A stretch of 34,200 bases of DNA from a virus. Location: positions 1 to 34,200 of the IMG/VR virus record IMGVR_UViG_3300035666_000100; one strand, 5' to 3'. The translations under genes and the position numbers were made by a program. This document shows positions 1-8,831 of this stretch, piece after piece (positions within the stretch are counted from its first letter, which is position 1; each line of letters starts with the position of its first letter). The notes under the pieces were generated by a model. It saw nothing but the letters and a program-made list of their open reading frames with translations, did not search any database and had not been told where the DNA came from.

Positions 1-1023
1 TATCTTTCATTGGCGGGTGGAACTTTAACAGGGGCATTGATCGCCACTTCTTTTTCTGGGGTTGGGACGGCATTAACAGCTTTAAATGCTTCAAATATCT
101 CAACTGGAACCATCAACGCAGCCCGATTACCCGCAGCTTACCTCCCCCTGACTGGTGGGACTATCACAGGGGACTTGGTTTCAACTAGCGCAACGGCATC
201 AACCTCTCCTACTACGGGTGCGATTCGTGGTGCTAGTTTAGGGGTTACGGGTGCTATTTTTGCTGGTACTGTTAGTGCCAATTCTTATAATTTGATTCCT
301 ATTGGGAGAGGAGGGGGGAGTTTAGGCACAAATACAATAACAGGAGTTAGTGTGCTCCAGGCCAATACCACAGGTATTGGTATGGCAGGTTTTGGAACTG
401 GGGCTTTACAAAATAACACCACAGGGAATTATTCAACGGCAGTTGGAGTTAGTGCGCTTTTGTCCAATATTACAGGGAGTAGTTTAACTGCCGCTGGACT
501 TAATACGCTTCGTTCTAATACTACAGGGAATAATTCGTCTGCTTTTGGCGTTGGGGCTTTAGAAAATAACACTACAGGGAATAATTTAACTGCCTCTGGA
601 GTTGGTGCGCTTTTCAGCAATATAACAGGGAGTAATTTGGCAGGTTTTGGAGTTGGTGCAGGACGTTACATCGCTGACGGGATTACGGGATTAACTGTCT
701 CAAATAACTCCTGCTTCTTTGGCGTGAACACCAAAGGAACCCAGAATGCAACAAATGAGCAAGTTTTTGGCTACAACGCCACCGGAAACGGCTCAAACAC
801 CGTAACAATTGGTGATATTGAAATCACCAATAACTTTTTCAGAGGTGCTTTATCTTTGAATGCAACCCAGGTTGTTTCTACCAGAAGAACCGGATGGACT
901 GCACCAACTGGAACACCAACTCGCACAACCTTTACAACGTCAACTGTTACCCTGGAAGGGTTAGCAGAAAGGGTAAAGGCGTTGATTGATGATTTAATTA
1001 CACACGGATTAATAGGAGCATAA
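1..1023 (+). CDS. Phage tail-fibre / YadA-head-like repeat protein, 5' partial (frame stays open to window start)
   Basis: Contains 'LPLTGGTITGDL' motifs typical of tail-fibre-like proteins, plus tandem NxTGxxxTAxGxxAL repeats. Bases 1-9 in frame read YLS, so the gene begins outside the window. Confidence 0.7.
   Translation, partial: YLSLAGGTLTGALIATSFSGVGTALTALNASNISTGTINAARLPAAYLPLTGGTITGDLVSTSATASTSPTTGAIRGASLGVTGAIFAGTVSANSYNLIPIGRGGGSLGTNTITGVSVLQANTTGIGMAGFGTGALQNNTTGNYSTAVGVSALLSNITGSSLTAAGLNTLRSNTTGNNSSAFGVGALENNTTGNNLTASGVGALFSNITGSNLAGFGVGAGRYIADGITGLTVSNNSCFFGVNTKGTQNATNEQVFGYNATGNGSNTVTIGDIEITNNFFRGALSLNATQVVSTRRTGWTAPTGTPTRTTFTTSTVTLEGLAERVKALIDDLITHGLIGA
364..669 (+). repeat. 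Six tandem 17-aa (51-bp) degenerate coding repeats
   Basis: NTTGIGMAGFGTGALQN / NTTGNYSTAVGVSALLS / NITGSSLTAAGLNTLRS / NTTGNNSSAFGVGALEN / NTTGNNLTASGVGALFS / NITGSNLAGFGVGAGRY. Confidence 0.85.
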
Positions 1024-1025
1024 TC

Positions 1026-1361
1026 ATGACTATTGAAAAAAAAGACCATTTTTTTGTATTACAAAGCCAACAGATTCCTGTGAGTGGGATTTTATTGGAT
1101 GTTGTAATTGAACTGTGCCACCAATATTCGATTGTCAATCTTGAGACTGGAGAAGTTTTGGGGACAAGCCCAGGTGAAGGTATCTTAAACTTGGGAACAC
1201 CCAATGAATTAGAAGTCGAGTTTCCTGGATTTTCAGAGCGGATGGAATGGATAAAAATTGCTTTGGTTACTAAGGCAATGGGAATAATAGCCACCAGAAA
1301 AGCGACAGAACTAGCTGCAATTGAAGCGTCAAAAAACAACCCATTAACACCAATAGAATGA
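1026..1361 (+). CDS. Hypothetical protein downstream of tail fibre gene (possible chaperone/attachment protein)
   Basis: 111-aa ORF starting 2 nt after the tail-fibre stop codon. Confidence 0.5.
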   Translation: MTIEKKDHFFVLQSQQIPVSGILLDVVIELCHQYSIVNLETGEVLGTSPGEGILNLGTPNELEVEFPGFSERMEWIKIALVTKAMGIIATRKATELAAIEASKNNPLTPIE

Positions 1362-1717
1362 TATCAATATCAATTTTCTCACTCCCGTTTAATCAATCCG
1401 GTTATGCCTTCCTGCTTTTCTTTGCCGGACTGATTTCTATTATTAATGGATTTTCCTTGATATTCGATAACCGAAAGTTGAATCAATACTTGTCATCTAC
1501 TCTGTTGATAAATAACGGATTGATGTTATTGTTTGACAGCTTTAACAAGATAGGTTATGACAAGTTTGATAATATGAAAATATCAACTTTAATAATTCAA
1601 ATTATTATAAGTTTTTTATCGCTTTTCCTTGTATTGGGGCATCACTATGAACGTAGCAAAAAACTCAAAGAGCGAAAAAAAGAGGGTGAGTCTTACGATT
1701 TTAGAAAGAGGGGGTAA
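1358..1717 (+). CDS. Hypothetical multi-pass membrane protein
   Basis: 119-aa ORF, ATGA overlap with upstream gene, three hydrophobic segments. Confidence 0.55.
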   Translation: MISISIFSLPFNQSGYAFLLFFAGLISIINGFSLIFDNRKLNQYLSSTLLINNGLMLLFDSFNKIGYDKFDNMKISTLIIQIIISFLSLFLVLGHHYERSKKLKERKKEGESYDFRKRG

Positions 1718-2159
1718 ATATTGCAATATGCCACGCCCTGTTTTTAGAATTAAATATATAGTTCAGGCATTATTTTTTAATCATCATTTCCTGGTGATGA
1801 TTCTGGTCGGATTGTTTGGAATGATTTTTACCCCATTAGAAACATCTATTGGATGGATAAATGAGAGTATTGATTTTTTAAACGCTATCACCCTTGGGGT
1901 GGGGATTGGCGGGATAATTTGTTGGTGTTTCGTCTACAAGTTCAAGAAAGAGTTTAGTAGTGAAATTAGCTCCTCTGTTTGGACTGCTTGCTATATTCTT
2001 TTAAATATCTGCCACATCCTTTCAGTATTGTTTATAGTAGTTTTCTTTTTGTCTGTAGGAATCAAGCAAAATGGCAGTATATCTTCCTTAGCTTGCGGGG
2101 TGTTTTCTTCAATGCTTGCAGAGATTATGTTATCAATTAAATATGCCTACAAAAGTTAA
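1647..2159 (+). CDS. Hypothetical membrane protein
   Basis: ORF with four hydrophobic segments; start MNVAKNSKSEKK preferred over the track start at 1629. Confidence 0.5.
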   Translation: MNVAKNSKSEKKRVSLTILERGGKYCNMPRPVFRIKYIVQALFFNHHFLVMILVGLFGMIFTPLETSIGWINESIDFLNAITLGVGIGGIICWCFVYKFKKEFSSEISSSVWTACYILLNICHILSVLFIVVFFLSVGIKQNGSISSLACGVFSSMLAEIMLSIKYAYKS

Positions 2160-2176
2160 TTACCCTCGTAATCAAA

Positions 2177-2623
2177 ATGTTGATGTCTTTTTTTCATGTT
2201 ATTCTCCAATCAAATACAACAACAGCTACTACAGACCAAACGATTCAATCAGTATTTGGTTTGATTACCGTTCTGTTGGGTGGTAGTAGTGTAATTGGTA
2301 TTGCTATCAATAGAATTTTTGATACCAAAAACATCAAGGTTATAGTTGAATTACAGAGTGAAATTAAAAGCCTTCAGAGGGAGGCTAATTATAGGGAGAA
2401 TGATTTAAACAGGCTTGAGGTTGAAAACAACGAACTCAGGGAAAAGATAGCCGCGCTACAGGAGAAAACTAACTCTAATTTTTCTGAACAGCTAGTTAAT
2501 ATACAGGAGAAATATCAGCATCTAGCAACGGAACATCAAAAAGCTATTGCAATAATAAAGAAGTTAAAAGGGGTATCTACCAATGCAAGTAATTCAAACA
2601 CTAACGACGGCAATCAAACCTGA
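2177..2623 (+). CDS. Membrane-anchored coiled-coil protein (holin/spanin-like position)
   Basis: N-terminal TM (VFGLITVLLGGSSVIGIAI) followed by a heptad-rich coiled coil. Confidence 0.5.
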   Translation: MLMSFFHVILQSNTTTATTDQTIQSVFGLITVLLGGSSVIGIAINRIFDTKNIKVIVELQSEIKSLQREANYRENDLNRLEVENNELREKIAALQEKTNSNFSEQLVNIQEKYQHLATEHQKAIAIIKKLKGVSTNASNSNTNDGNQT

Positions 2624-2695
2624 GACAATCTCTTGCCCTGGAGGGCATTAGATTGTATTTAATGCAACACCAACACAACCCAGTCCCTTTTTATT

Positions 2696-2935
2696 ATGAA
2701 TAATTCAACTAAAATTAAACTGATTGCATTGGATCGTGAAGTTACCGTATCCGAGGAAACTTTCACGATTAAGGAATTGAAAGTTAAGTATCCTAAACAA
2801 TGGCTACAATCTCGTAATGATTATCCTGTTTTTATTAATTCGTGTATGGACAAATGGATATCAGAACAGGTAAAATTACAGGTAGAATTACAGGTAGAAT
2901 TGAAGTGGAATGTTGTTACTTTTGAGGTGGGATGA
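2696..2935 (+). CDS. Hypothetical protein
   Basis: 79-aa ORF overlapping the next gene by 4 nt. Confidence 0.45.
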   Translation: MNNSTKIKLIALDREVTVSEETFTIKELKVKYPKQWLQSRNDYPVFINSCMDKWISEQVKLQVELQVELKWNVVTFEVG

Positions 2936-3321
2936 TGGATACGGAAGCATTAAAAAATTTAATAACCGAGTACGAGAATGCTACGGATTCAGGGTACAAG
3001 ATGAGATTAGCTAATCAGATGAACGACATTATTAAAAAAGATATCTGGGAACTTCAAGGGAAAATTAGAGAGGAAATGATGTTGCGAATGCAAACAAAAA
3101 CAGAACAATTAAATAATTTAATATCCCAAACAACGGGAGAAAATACCCAATATGGTTATTGGTATATTGAGTTCAGAAGTCGGTCTGGGTGGTGGGCGGT
3201 TTCTGATATCCCTGTTAGTTTTGGAGAGAATGGAACATACCTCGGTAAGTCTTATATTGATGCTGTCAGGTCAATTAAAGATTTATTTCCAGAAAGAAAA
3301 CCTTTGAATAGGGTGCTATAA
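2932..3321 (+). CDS. Hypothetical protein
   Basis: 129-aa ORF, ATGA overlap. Confidence 0.45.
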   Translation: MMDTEALKNLITEYENATDSGYKMRLANQMNDIIKKDIWELQGKIREEMMLRMQTKTEQLNNLISQTTGENTQYGYWYIEFRSRSGWWAVSDIPVSFGENGTYLGKSYIDAVRSIKDLFPERKPLNRVL

Positions 3322-3390
3322 TAATAATGCACACTGATTAAAATTGGACAACACTAACCCGATGATTTATTAATTGTTGGGTTATTTTTA

Positions 3391-3420
3391 TTGGTGAAGA
3401 TATTGGGTTTGTATTATAAT
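3391..3420 (+). promoter_or_regulatory. Candidate sigma70-type promoter for the antirepressor gene
   Basis: TTGGTG - 18 nt - TATAAT, 75 nt upstream of the CDS at 3495. Confidence 0.4.
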
Positions 3421-3494
3421 ATAAATAGGCAACCCGCCAAAAGTTTTTGGCTTTTGAACGGGTCTAACCACAACTTACTTATACGGAGTAAACA

Positions 3495-4184
3495 ATGGCT
3501 ATTCTTGACATTACCACACAGAATGACACCTTAGTTGTCGATTCCCGATTGATTGCTGATGAACTGGGGATTCAACATAAGAACTTACTGCAAACAATCA
3601 CAAAGTATTTAGACCGATTAGAACGAAAAACACCAGTCGCGTTTAAAACGGACGTGGTGAGACGCCCGCAGGGTGGGGCTTACGAAGTCTCTTACTGTTT
3701 CTTGAATGAAGCACAAGCAACACTTTTGATGACGTTTTCCCGAAACAGTGATCAGGTTTTGGATTGCAAAGAACGGTTAGTTGAGGCTTTCTCCCTTGCT
3801 AAGAATAACCACGTTCAGACCCCGCTTGCGTTACCACAAACCTATGCTCAGGCTTTGCTAGAGGCTGGACGATTGGCGTTAGAGGTAGAAAAGTTAGAGG
3901 CCGAGAAAGCACTGCTTGAGGAAGAAAACAATCAACTGTCCGAGGCTTTGGATGAACTTTTTGATTATTCGTCAATCATCAGGGTTGCCAAGTTCAATAA
4001 AGTTCATGAGTCTAACTTCAGTTGGCGACCTCTCAAAGCGATGAGTATTAAGATGGGGATAGAGATTAAACAAGTTCCCGACGCCCGGTACATGACGAAA
4101 AATATTTATAGTCACGATGTTTGGCGGATCGTTTATCCGTGGGTGAAGTTGCCAGAGACTACGACGTTAACGATTATCAGATAA
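3495..4184 (+). CDS. Phage antirepressor / Rha-family-like regulatory protein
   Basis: N-terminus 'VVDSRLIADELGIQHKNLLQTI', 'GGAYEVSYCFLNEAQATLLMTFSRNSDQVLDCKERLVEAF' matches the Rha family pattern; C-terminus KilA-C-like. Confidence 0.75.
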   Translation: MAILDITTQNDTLVVDSRLIADELGIQHKNLLQTITKYLDRLERKTPVAFKTDVVRRPQGGAYEVSYCFLNEAQATLLMTFSRNSDQVLDCKERLVEAFSLAKNNHVQTPLALPQTYAQALLEAGRLALEVEKLEAEKALLEEENNQLSEALDELFDYSSIIRVAKFNKVHESNFSWRPLKAMSIKMGIEIKQVPDARYMTKNIYSHDVWRIVYPWVKLPETTTLTIIR

Positions 4185-4194
4185 TCAAAAAAAG

Positions 4195-4218
4195 AACCCT
4201 CTAAATATTTAGAGGGTT
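4195..4218 (+). terminator. Perfect 24-nt palindrome, intrinsic-terminator-like
   Basis: AACCCTCTAAAT/ATTTAGAGGGTT directly after the CDS stop, A-tract upstream and T-rich downstream. Confidence 0.65.
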
Positions 4219-4329
4219 GATTTTAAAATAATTTATTACAATCCTTGCATTTCATTCGGCGGCGACCGTGTTCGGTGTAACCATATCTAACCAGCCTATG
4301 ACTACCACACCGGGGGCAACCGTCGCCAA

Positions 4330-4710
4330 TCAGGGCTTTTGCAAAAAAAGACAGCCTAACACCTCTGATGGGTTATTGGCATTTCTGACTAGCGCACCCG
4401 GAGCCAGGCAATCAGCCCGGTTCACTTTAACGGCGGCTGCTGCTACCAGTCCCGACACTATATAATAAGTGTCGGGAGACGCAGGGGGGAGTCCCTCAAT
4501 CTCGCCATATTGAACGCTTTGGACTGGAATACCTAAAATGGGTTCGGCTTCGGTATTCCCCATCGCCACGCGGGGGATGATTCCCGATGGTGGCAGGGTG
4601 TGGAGGATCTCAACAGCCGAAGCTGTGAATTGCTTGGTTTTAGGGTCTTGGTTAACCCCTTCACCTGAACAGATAATGATTTGATGGGGAGTGGCGTTGA
4701 TGATTTTCAT
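4330..4710 (-). CDS. Conserved phage/bacterial hypothetical protein ('NATPHQ...VSGLVAAA...APG...GCLFL' family)
   Basis: 126-aa ORF; recurring pattern of 'N.TPH', 'PPSG..PRV', 'VS.LVA', 'APG', 'GC' recalled from phage-associated proteins. Confidence 0.5.
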   Translation of the reverse strand: MKIINATPHQIIICSGEGVNQDPKTKQFTASAVEILHTLPPSGIIPRVAMGNTEAEPILGIPVQSVQYGEIEGLPPASPDTYYIVSGLVAAAAVKVNRADCLAPGALVRNANNPSEVLGCLFLQKP

Positions 4711-4737
4711 GGCTGTATTTTCTCTGGTAAAGTGTGT

Positions 4738-4932
4738 TTATTCTTCATTTTGGTCTTGACTTGATAGCCTTGAAACGATTGACTTAAACTCAACCATTTT
4801 TTCATTTGGGACGCGAGATAGAATTCGCTCCATAGCATTATTGGATTCATTCCAAATCTTGTCATTTCTATCAACGAAAGCATCGTCTCTTTGCTCTCTG
4901 TAATTTAGATAATGCTGTGCTAATACTTCCAT
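4738..4932 (-). CDS. Hypothetical protein
   Basis: 64-aa ORF just upstream of the 4330-4710 gene, same strand. Confidence 0.4.
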   Translation of the reverse strand: MEVLAQHYLNYREQRDDAFVDRNDKIWNESNNAMERILSRVPNEKMVEFKSIVSRLSSQDQNEE

Positions 4933-4984
4933 TTAACTCTCCTAAAACAATGTGTCAATTCGAGAACAAGCGCAGTCATAGGCG

Positions 4985-5776
4985 TTATATCAGGTCACAT
5001 TTTCCTACCATCTTGTTCCCGCAGGGGAAATCCGCGCAAACGGACTGGTAGGTGGGGTTTTTAGTCCCAAAGGCTTTTGTGACAATCCCCTGCCCATATA
5101 CAGGGTGAATCACGCTGTCACCGACCTTTAACAGCCCTTCAACGGGTTTATCTAAATTGTCAAGGTATTCTTTGACAACCTTGATTGCCTCTCCATAGAG
5201 GTGTTTTCGTTGGTCTGTGTAGACCTTCTCTACCTTCTCGGTAGGCAATTCCAAAACCGCCAAATCGGTCACAGAATATTCTGTGGTTTCTCCATAGCCC
5301 GTTTCGTAGGCAATGGTTGTGGCACTAGGAAATTTAGGTTTCCCTTCCACAGCTTCCCCGAATTGATTTACGGCAACCAAAGCCATATAGGTGACTGTCA
5401 CCTGATATTCGTCAGCCACAAAATGAGCTTTGGGGCCAGAAACTTCGCCCCATTGAGAATTACCGCCCCGCATCCCATCGGGGGACTCTTTACGACGGGC
5501 GGGAGACTGTGTTTTTTGATAACTCCCTTGGAGTTTTTGACAGGTAACAGTCTCCTGTTTTTCTTCCTGGGTGACAACCCATTCCAGTTTTGTCACCTTA
5601 ACGGAGTTCGGTAACGGGGTGACGTTACCAATGGAGTCACCATTATCTTTCCAGATGTTCCCTCTATCATCGACGTAATACCCCTTTGTAGGGAGTTTCA
5701 GGGCATCACGCCCTAGATCATTGTTCCATTTCCACTCAGGTGTGGTTTTAGTGGTTTTGGTTGTGGTGGTTGTCAT
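4985..5776 (-). CDS. Hypothetical protein
   Basis: Long minus ORF; start chosen at MTTTTTKTTKTTPEWKW (5776) rather than 5866. Confidence 0.5.
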   Translation of the reverse strand: MTTTTTKTTKTTPEWKWNNDLGRDALKLPTKGYYVDDRGNIWKDNGDSIGNVTPLPNSVKVTKLEWVVTQEEKQETVTCQKLQGSYQKTQSPARRKESPDGMRGGNSQWGEVSGPKAHFVADEYQVTVTYMALVAVNQFGEAVEGKPKFPSATTIAYETGYGETTEYSVTDLAVLELPTEKVEKVYTDQRKHLYGEAIKVVKEYLDNLDKPVEGLLKVGDSVIHPVYGQGIVTKAFGTKNPTYQSVCADFPCGNKMVGKCDLI

Positions 5777-5877
5777 GGCGTTTGTCCTCTTTGCTTTGTG
5801 TTGGTTACTGTTCTCTACATTTCTAATACTACACAAAATATCAACAGGTGTCAACAGGTAAAGCAAACTATTTTAGA

Positions 5878-5921
5878 TTTTGTATCAGGGGGATACAAAA
5901 CGATTGTTTTTTTGATATAAT
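5878..5921 (+). promoter_or_regulatory. Extended -10 promoter (TGATATAAT) abutting a 9-bp inverted repeat, upstream of nblA-like ORF
   Basis: TTTTGTATC-N5-GATACAAAA at 5878-5900; TGATATAAT at 5913-5921. Confidence 0.5.
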
Positions 5922-6001
5922 ATATATAGAATCAATTTTCTATAGTATTGCAATGTCCAGAAGTAATATAGTCCATAATCAACTAATCAAAAGAGGAAAC
6001 A

Positions 6002-6166
6002 ATGGAACCTGTACAATTAACGATGGAGCAACAATTCAAACTCGCAATAATCAGGCAAAATGTTGACAGCCTAACCTTGGAACAAGCCAAGGAACACATT
6101 ATCGAATTAGTCATACAGAGTATGATTAAGGATGATTTAATTAAAAATTGGATGAGGATGAAATGA
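6002..6166 (+). CDS. nblA: NblA-like phycobilisome degradation protein (absent from supplied ORF track, 54 aa)
   Basis: Translated by hand: MEPVQLTMEQQFKLAIIRQNVDSLTLEQAKEHIIELVIQSMIKDDLIKNWMRMK. Matches the NblA pattern (L..EQQFKL..I...V..L..EQA.E...EL..Q.M.KD..I). Confidence 0.8.
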   Translation: MEPVQLTMEQQFKLAIIRQNVDSLTLEQAKEHIIELVIQSMIKDDLIKNWMRMK

Positions 6167-6768
6167 GTAGATTAATTGTATTTGAAGGCATTGACCGCAG
6201 TGGGAAAACCACTCAGATGTCCAGATTGAAAGAATACTTAGAAGCAACAGCTAGCTTGGCTGTGTGGAGTACGAGAGAACCTTATGGGGATGAGTGTAGG
6301 AATAAGATTAAAACCGTCTCCATGAGTCCCCAGGAACAGCTAGATTTGATTCTTGAAGACAGGCGGGTGCATTGCGATGTGATTCGGAAAAAGATGGGAG
6401 AATTTGATATTGTTTTATGCGATCGCTTCACCCCCTCCACACTCGCCTATCAAGGTTACGGCCACGGGATTGACCCTAATATCCTTATCAAAGCGAATGA
6501 AGCCGTCACGGGGGGACTAACACCCGATATGGTGATTATTTTTGACTTACCAATTCGGGCGGCTGTGGCAAGATTGGAAGACAGACCCCTTGATGCAATT
6601 GAAAGAAATATCTTGTTTTTGGAGAGGGTGAGGTGGGGATATTTGGACATTGCCAAAAGATACAAATACCACCTGATTAATTCCAATCAGTCATCTGAGT
6701 TGGTGTTTAGCAAGGTGGTAAATCAGGTGTTACGGGCCCTGGAAATTGAGAGTTTAGTTAAGGTATAA
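6163..6768 (+). CDS. tmk: Thymidylate kinase
   Basis: MSRLIVFEGIDRSGKTTQ P-loop, 'TREPYGD', 'DRFTPSTLAYQGYG'. ATG overlaps the nblA-like stop (ATGA). Confidence 0.93.
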   Translation: MSRLIVFEGIDRSGKTTQMSRLKEYLEATASLAVWSTREPYGDECRNKIKTVSMSPQEQLDLILEDRRVHCDVIRKKMGEFDIVLCDRFTPSTLAYQGYGHGIDPNILIKANEAVTGGLTPDMVIIFDLPIRAAVARLEDRPLDAIERNILFLERVRWGYLDIAKRYKYHLINSNQSSELVFSKVVNQVLRALEIESLVKV

Positions 6769-6770
6769 AT

Positions 6771-6798
6771 AAAGCAGGGTATTTTGCAACCCTGCTTT
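6771..6798 (+). terminator. Intrinsic-terminator-like hairpin after tmk
   Basis: AAAGCAGGGT-N8-ACCCTGCTTT. Confidence 0.75.
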
Positions 6799-6813
6799 AT
6801 ATTTAAACTATTG

Positions 6814-6972
6814 TTAACTCCACTCCTCTAACTCCAATTCTTCCCCTACAAACTCAGGGAACTGATTGTAGAATTTTGTCAAGGCTTCTAACTCATTTAG
6901 AGCGTCTAAATAATACCCTTGACGGTCTTCTTTTTTGGCTGCGGTCTTGATGCGAGTAATGCGATAAACCAT
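6814..6972 (-). CDS. Small acidic hypothetical protein (not in ORF track)
   Basis: MVYRITRIKTAAKKEDRQGYYLDALNELEALTKFYNQFPEFVGEELELEEWS, 52 aa. Confidence 0.4.
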   Translation of the reverse strand: MVYRITRIKTAAKKEDRQGYYLDALNELEALTKFYNQFPEFVGEELELEEWS

Positions 6973-7000
6973 GATATTCTCCTATTTAGTTAATGAAAAT

Positions 7001-7342
7001 TTAGTTGATGAAAATTTGCTTGTTGATTAATAGAACGCTTTGAGCCGTTAACACAGGGGATTCATTGTGTTTAAACACAAATGAGTTGTATTTATAAGGG
7101 TTGTAAGTAACGGCTTGATTGCAGTTTTTCACTGCGTCAGTCAACGTTCCAACAACGTAAGCATGGACATTTTTGCGTTGCTCTCTGATAACCCGTTGCC
7201 GTCCGGCTTCAGAAACTTTGAACGTACCATTGGTTAATTTAACTTCTGTTTCGTGGGCTATAACCCGCCCCTTATTTTCGCCCTCTAATGCGACGACTGA
7301 AAACATCTTTTTATGAAGATTGAAATAGACTTTAACTTTCAT
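7001..7342 (-). CDS. Hypothetical protein
   Basis: 113-aa ORF with coding-like composition. Confidence 0.5.
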   Translation of the reverse strand: MKVKVYFNLHKKMFSVVALEGENKGRVIAHETEVKLTNGTFKVSEAGRQRVIREQRKNVHAYVVGTLTDAVKNCNQAVTYNPYKYNSFVFKHNESPVLTAQSVLLINKQIFIN

Positions 7343-7468
7343 GGTATATTCCTTAAATTAATTGAAAATGATTGACTTGAGAGCAAGTAGGGTGGCTGCC
7401 TTACTTGCTTAACTTTTAACCTTCTACATTTATAACTGTACCCCAGTTATTTTAAAATGTCAACCCCC

Positions 7469-7681
7469 TCACTCAACTTTTTTGTAAAGAATTATGTCGC
7501 CGGTTGTGATCGCCTCCAAAAATTCAGTCCATGCGGGTTCTGCTGATTCCCGTCTCCAATAACGATAACCCATGCCGATGACGAGGGTTTTTAATTTTTC
7601 CCTATCTTCTGGCTTGAGTCTGGCTTTGATTTCTTGCCTATGTTCGTGGGGCCTCATAAAAAATCCTATGTAACTATTCAC
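7469..7681 (-). CDS. Hypothetical protein
   Basis: 70-aa ORF. Confidence 0.35.
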   Translation of the reverse strand: MNSYIGFFMRPHEHRQEIKARLKPEDREKLKTLVIGMGYRYWRRESAEPAWTEFLEAITTGDIILYKKVE

Positions 7682-7749
7682 CAGTTATAACAGATTATTC
7701 ACCATCTGGAAATAAATCTGGCAACGACGGGCGGTGGATCGTGGATCTA

Positions 7750-7781
7750 AAAAGCCGAATCCCTTACAGAATCCGGCTTTT
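7750..7781 (-). terminator. Intrinsic terminator downstream of tRNA-like fragment (bidirectional appearance)
   Basis: Minus strand AAAAGCCG-N16-CGGCTTTTT. Confidence 0.7.
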
Positions 7782-7788
7782 ACCTCTA

Positions 7789-7835
7789 TCGGAGCGACAG
7801 GATTTGAACCTGCGCCTCCTACCACCCCAATGTAG
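7789..7835 (-). tRNA. tRNA 3'-half fragment (proline-like, GGG-like anticodon loop); 5' acceptor strand not found
   Basis: Minus strand CTACA TTGGGGT GGTAG GAGGC GCAGG TTCAAAT CCTGT CGCTCCG A: anticodon arm (4 of 5 pairs), T-arm and 3' acceptor strand present, but no upstream CGGAGCG-like partner. Confidence 0.55.
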
Positions 7836-7854
7836 TATCGGTATTGTTTAATCC

Positions 7855-8172
7855 TTATATAGTAGGACTTTTGGGAGTTTGGGAACTTGAGATCCCAATT
7901 GTTGATTCCCAATAATCCTTAGCCGCTTCCCACTGTTCAGACGTAGCCGCGCAGTGGACTTGATGCCCAAAGGAATCACCTTTGTGATGTTTGGCGATCG
8001 CACCCTCCAAAGATACACAGCTTAATCGGTACAGAGGGATTGGGGATTGGTTTATTAGGATATCCAGGGATTGAATAACACCCAGACCAAAGCCATGAGG
8101 GTCGTATTTCAATGTATTGGGAATCTGGGGAGACGCCCCGTCATATTTCCAGTAGCGAGCGTGTAGCAACAT
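7855..8172 (-). CDS. Hypothetical protein
   Basis: 105-aa ORF. Confidence 0.4.
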   Translation of the reverse strand: MLLHARYWKYDGASPQIPNTLKYDPHGFGLGVIQSLDILINQSPIPLYRLSCVSLEGAIAKHHKGDSFGHQVHCAATSEQWEAAKDYWESTIGISSSQTPKSPTI

Positions 8173-8245
8173 ATAATCCTCCTTTGTTTTGTCCTTATAT
8201 CGTTAACTTTTGCGCGGATTTAAGGCATCGCGCCCAGCCCATAAA

Positions 8246-8758
8246 TTAACTTTTTAATAATTTATTTGAGATAAAAATATAGCCCTCTTTTCTGGTTTCA
8301 ATCCAGAATTTAGCATCGGCATTGGAGGCTGCTTTTAACAAGTTAGACATTTCTTCATGGGACTTAAGCCAGTCAATCCGACATCCCATGGCAACTTCAC
8401 CTCTAAGACTGCAATGAGCTTCTACAACTCCCTGTATGAAGTCAATCCGAATTGACCCCGCCCAGCTTTGTTGCTTTTCCGTCCCTGATGGGGGATCTTG
8501 AAAAAGCCAATCTAAATCCGATTGGTCAGGGCGAGGGAATTGTTCTATTTTTTCCATAACGGGTGCGTTCCAAATTGTTAGTTGTCGTGGAGACTCCACA
8601 ACCGCTACCGATTTCAGGGCTTCTAAACGCCCCTCAAGTTGAGTCAATTCAAAAGCCCACTTCCGAACTAAAGACCGGACGCGGGGGAATTTGACTATTA
8701 AACTGTTCAGTTGAGAAATTCTTTTAGAAAGTTGGTCGGCGTTTGTGGAGTTTTTCAT
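8246..8758 (-). CDS. Hypothetical protein
   Basis: 170-aa ORF with coding-like composition. Confidence 0.5.
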   Translation of the reverse strand: MKNSTNADQLSKRISQLNSLIVKFPRVRSLVRKWAFELTQLEGRLEALKSVAVVESPRQLTIWNAPVMEKIEQFPRPDQSDLDWLFQDPPSGTEKQQSWAGSIRIDFIQGVVEAHCSLRGEVAMGCRIDWLKSHEEMSNLLKAASNADAKFWIETRKEGYIFISNKLLKS

Positions 8759-8831
8759 ATTTTACGCCCGATTTGGCGGCGTCCCTTTTTTTGTGTTCTA
8801 TACTAAATTATTGTAGCTACAAAATCAAAAT

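Noticed and set aside
1-1400. Diversity-generating retroelement linked to the tail-fibre gene
   Set aside because: No reverse transcriptase ORF (no YxDD motif) and no template/variable repeat pair seen in the window.
4268-4465. 65-aa + strand ORF
   Set aside because: Antisense to the more convincing conserved minus ORF 4330-4710.
5201-5614. 137-aa + strand ORF
   Set aside because: Lies wholly antisense to the 4985-5776 gene with Cys/Phe/His-rich, non-coding-like composition.
5848-6066. 72-aa + strand ORF
   Set aside because: Covers the promoter region and overlaps the start of the nblA-like ORF in another frame; composition not protein-like.
7685-7912. 75-aa minus ORF containing 'GVVGGAGSNPVAP'
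   Set aside because: That peptide is a typical translation of a tRNA 3' end; the ORF runs across the tRNA fragment and terminator.
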